Shown here: piece by piece, positions 62,167 to 64,000 of the stretch | How positions within the stretch are numbered: the first letter of the stretch is position 1 | Layout: each line of letters begins with the position of its first letter | Assembly: GCA_964199315.1 (NCBI GenBank) | Contig: OZ116701.1 | Coordinates: 31,868,001-31,932,000, forward strand | DNA length: 64,000 bases | Source of the DNA: Orbicella franksi | Taxonomy: Eukaryota | Reading direction: 5' to 3' | Position numbers and translations under genes: made by a program | The notes under the pieces: generated by a model | What the model was told of the DNA's origin: nothing | Seen by the model: only the letters and a program-made list of their open reading frames with translations | The model's database searches: none

Positions 62167-63746
62167 ATGGCTGCCTCAACGTGGCTTGTAAGAGCAGTGC
62201 TTCCTCGCTTTGGCAGCAAATTTTTCCATCTTAAGACACTACCCAATACCTTCAAGACCTTAAGAGTAAGTTAACTGTGTTATCTTCCTTTCTTGATCAG
62301 GAAAATATCAGCAATGATTTTGCTAATTCATCTTCTACAGTTGAGTTCGTACAGCACTGGAGCGGGAAATCCCGAACATGAACATCAAGACAAGCCAAGA
62401 TTTCCGGGCGCTCTGAATTCATATTACACCGAAAAGTTGGAATTCGATGATCCAGACGATGGCGGAGTCATTCCTGTGTATCGTGTCATGGATCGGAACG
62501 GAAAAGTGTTTGATGAAGCACACGATCCTAAGGTAAGCTTAAATTTAAGCTTATATTCGAACATTTATTTAGCCTGTTGTAAGATCGATCTATTACAAAT
62601 CTCATAAATTTAGTGCCAGACCTTAGATCCTATATGTATACCCGGGAAGGCCGAAATCTTATAACGTAATGGCGAATTTTTGAGCCAACGTTTGTTTGTT
62701 TAGAAATGAAACGCGACATTTCGACGTCGGTTTGGGGGAGTGTTGGAGGTTGGGTCAACACAGATGCTGCATAATTTAATGTTCCATTATTGTCTGTTCT
62801 TCCACAAAACACAATCGCGCACTTGTTGTTCTTTAAACAGAAAATAATCATTTGGTAGGGGTTAAAACGCATAAAAATTGTAGATTTTGTACCATAATCC
62901 TTTATGTGGTCTACTACTGACAGCAATTCACCATTACCACAGTCTCTTCTTTTTTTACCTTACATGGTGTCATATCTATTAATTGTTGTATTTGCATTCA
63001 AACTGTATATTCTTTTGATGGGAACTCTGCAGTGTTGCAGCACAATGTTCTAAAATAAATTGATATTTTTCTCAAAGCAACTTGCAACTTTCAGATTGGG
63101 CAAGTAACCAAGTTCTGTTAGACTTCACTCTCTCCTTATATAGAATGAAATAATACTTCTTCTATGTCAATGAAGCAGAAAGTAGTGTCCCTTGGAAAGT
63201 TTGAGTTAAAAGTTGATAGGTTGAATTAAAAGATTTCTTAATTGGGAACTGCAATTGCATTTGCAAAAATTTATGGTGGCTTTGAACCCTATGTACAGAA
63301 TTTTTTTAAACTTTGCCAAAAGTGTGTTCACCAATGATTGGGGAGTTTTCTGATACCATGATTGTAGCGTCAAGTGATAAAGAGTGGTTCTAACAACCCA
63401 TCAAAATCTAAGTGTTGGAAACTGTTTTGAGCCACCTTAAACTCAATCCGTTGCTTCTTTCTCAAGGTACACTTGTTTGCCAGTTTCTCAATGTGATGTG
63501 ATTGTTTGCAAGAAAAACCAACACAAATATAATTATTCATCATAAATAGAATTAAATTTCTATATTTCTATCAGCGTCAAAATCATTGACTCACTTCTGA
63601 GGTTAAGATCACTGATATTTTGAGTTCTTTTTTTTTTCAATTTATTTGATGCTTTGTAGCTGGACAAAGAAGTAATACAGGATATGTACAAGAAGATGAC
63701 TCTGTTGAATACAATGGACCGTATACTATATGAGTCTCAGCGACAG
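62167..63746 (+). CDS. BCKDHA: Branched-chain alpha-keto acid dehydrogenase E1 alpha subunit, mitochondrial (3'-partial)
   Basis: Exons 62167-62265 (presequence [15 protein letters not shown]...), 62341-62532 (DKPRFPGA...[11 protein letters not shown]...HDPK) and 63660-63746 ([21 protein letters not shown]). The gene continues beyond the window. Confidence 0.93.
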
Positions 63747-64000
63747 GTAATAAATAACTGATAAGACTGAGTGATGTTCACAAATATTTGTCTCCTATAA
63801 CTTCAAGGCAGCATGATCCATTAGACCCTGGGGGGAGGGATCAACTCCCATATAAAAAGTTTACTTGCTGTGAAAAGGATGGGCATGCTTGTCAGAAATT
63901 TTGAAAAGAACCTCTAGGAGGTACCAAGATCCTGTTTTGTGGGCATTGCTTGAAATTTTTTTCACCCTTAAGAAGTACCATTTCTACACCATTGAACTGA

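Overview
Eukaryotic, intron-rich, AT-rich genomic DNA. From the gene set and repeat style it is probably a stony coral or other anthozoan; this is inference and the species cannot be determined. I traced seven protein-coding genes exon by exon, in strictly alternating orientation: L2HGDH (+, 5' end outside the window), SOS Ras-GEF (-, 32 coding exons, about 1251 aa), VTI1B (+), CHP1 (-), arginase (+, 12 exons), EXOSC5/RRP46 (-) and BCKDHA (+, runs off the 3' end). This gives three head-to-head pairs with under 500 bp between start codons. Introns are full of MITE-, SINE-, CR1- and Penelope-like fragments, and there are two N gaps. Almost all short ORFs in the supplied track are non-coding or partial exons. 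The most notable observations are: an AT-AC minor-spliceosome intron and a GC-AG intron in SOS; a GT-AG U12-like intron in EXOSC5; a Grb2-SH2-type YVNI motif in the SOS proline-rich tail; an in-phase cryptic exon in arginase intron 7 that would give a truncated enzyme with a His/Pro-rich tail, overlapping an antisense Asp/Glu-rich repeat; a degenerate Penelope-type hammerhead ribozyme; and gene neighbourhoods apparently shared with human 14q and 19q13. I see no clear evidence of a wholly new multi-gene system. All comparisons to human sequences and loci are from memory, not from a database search.
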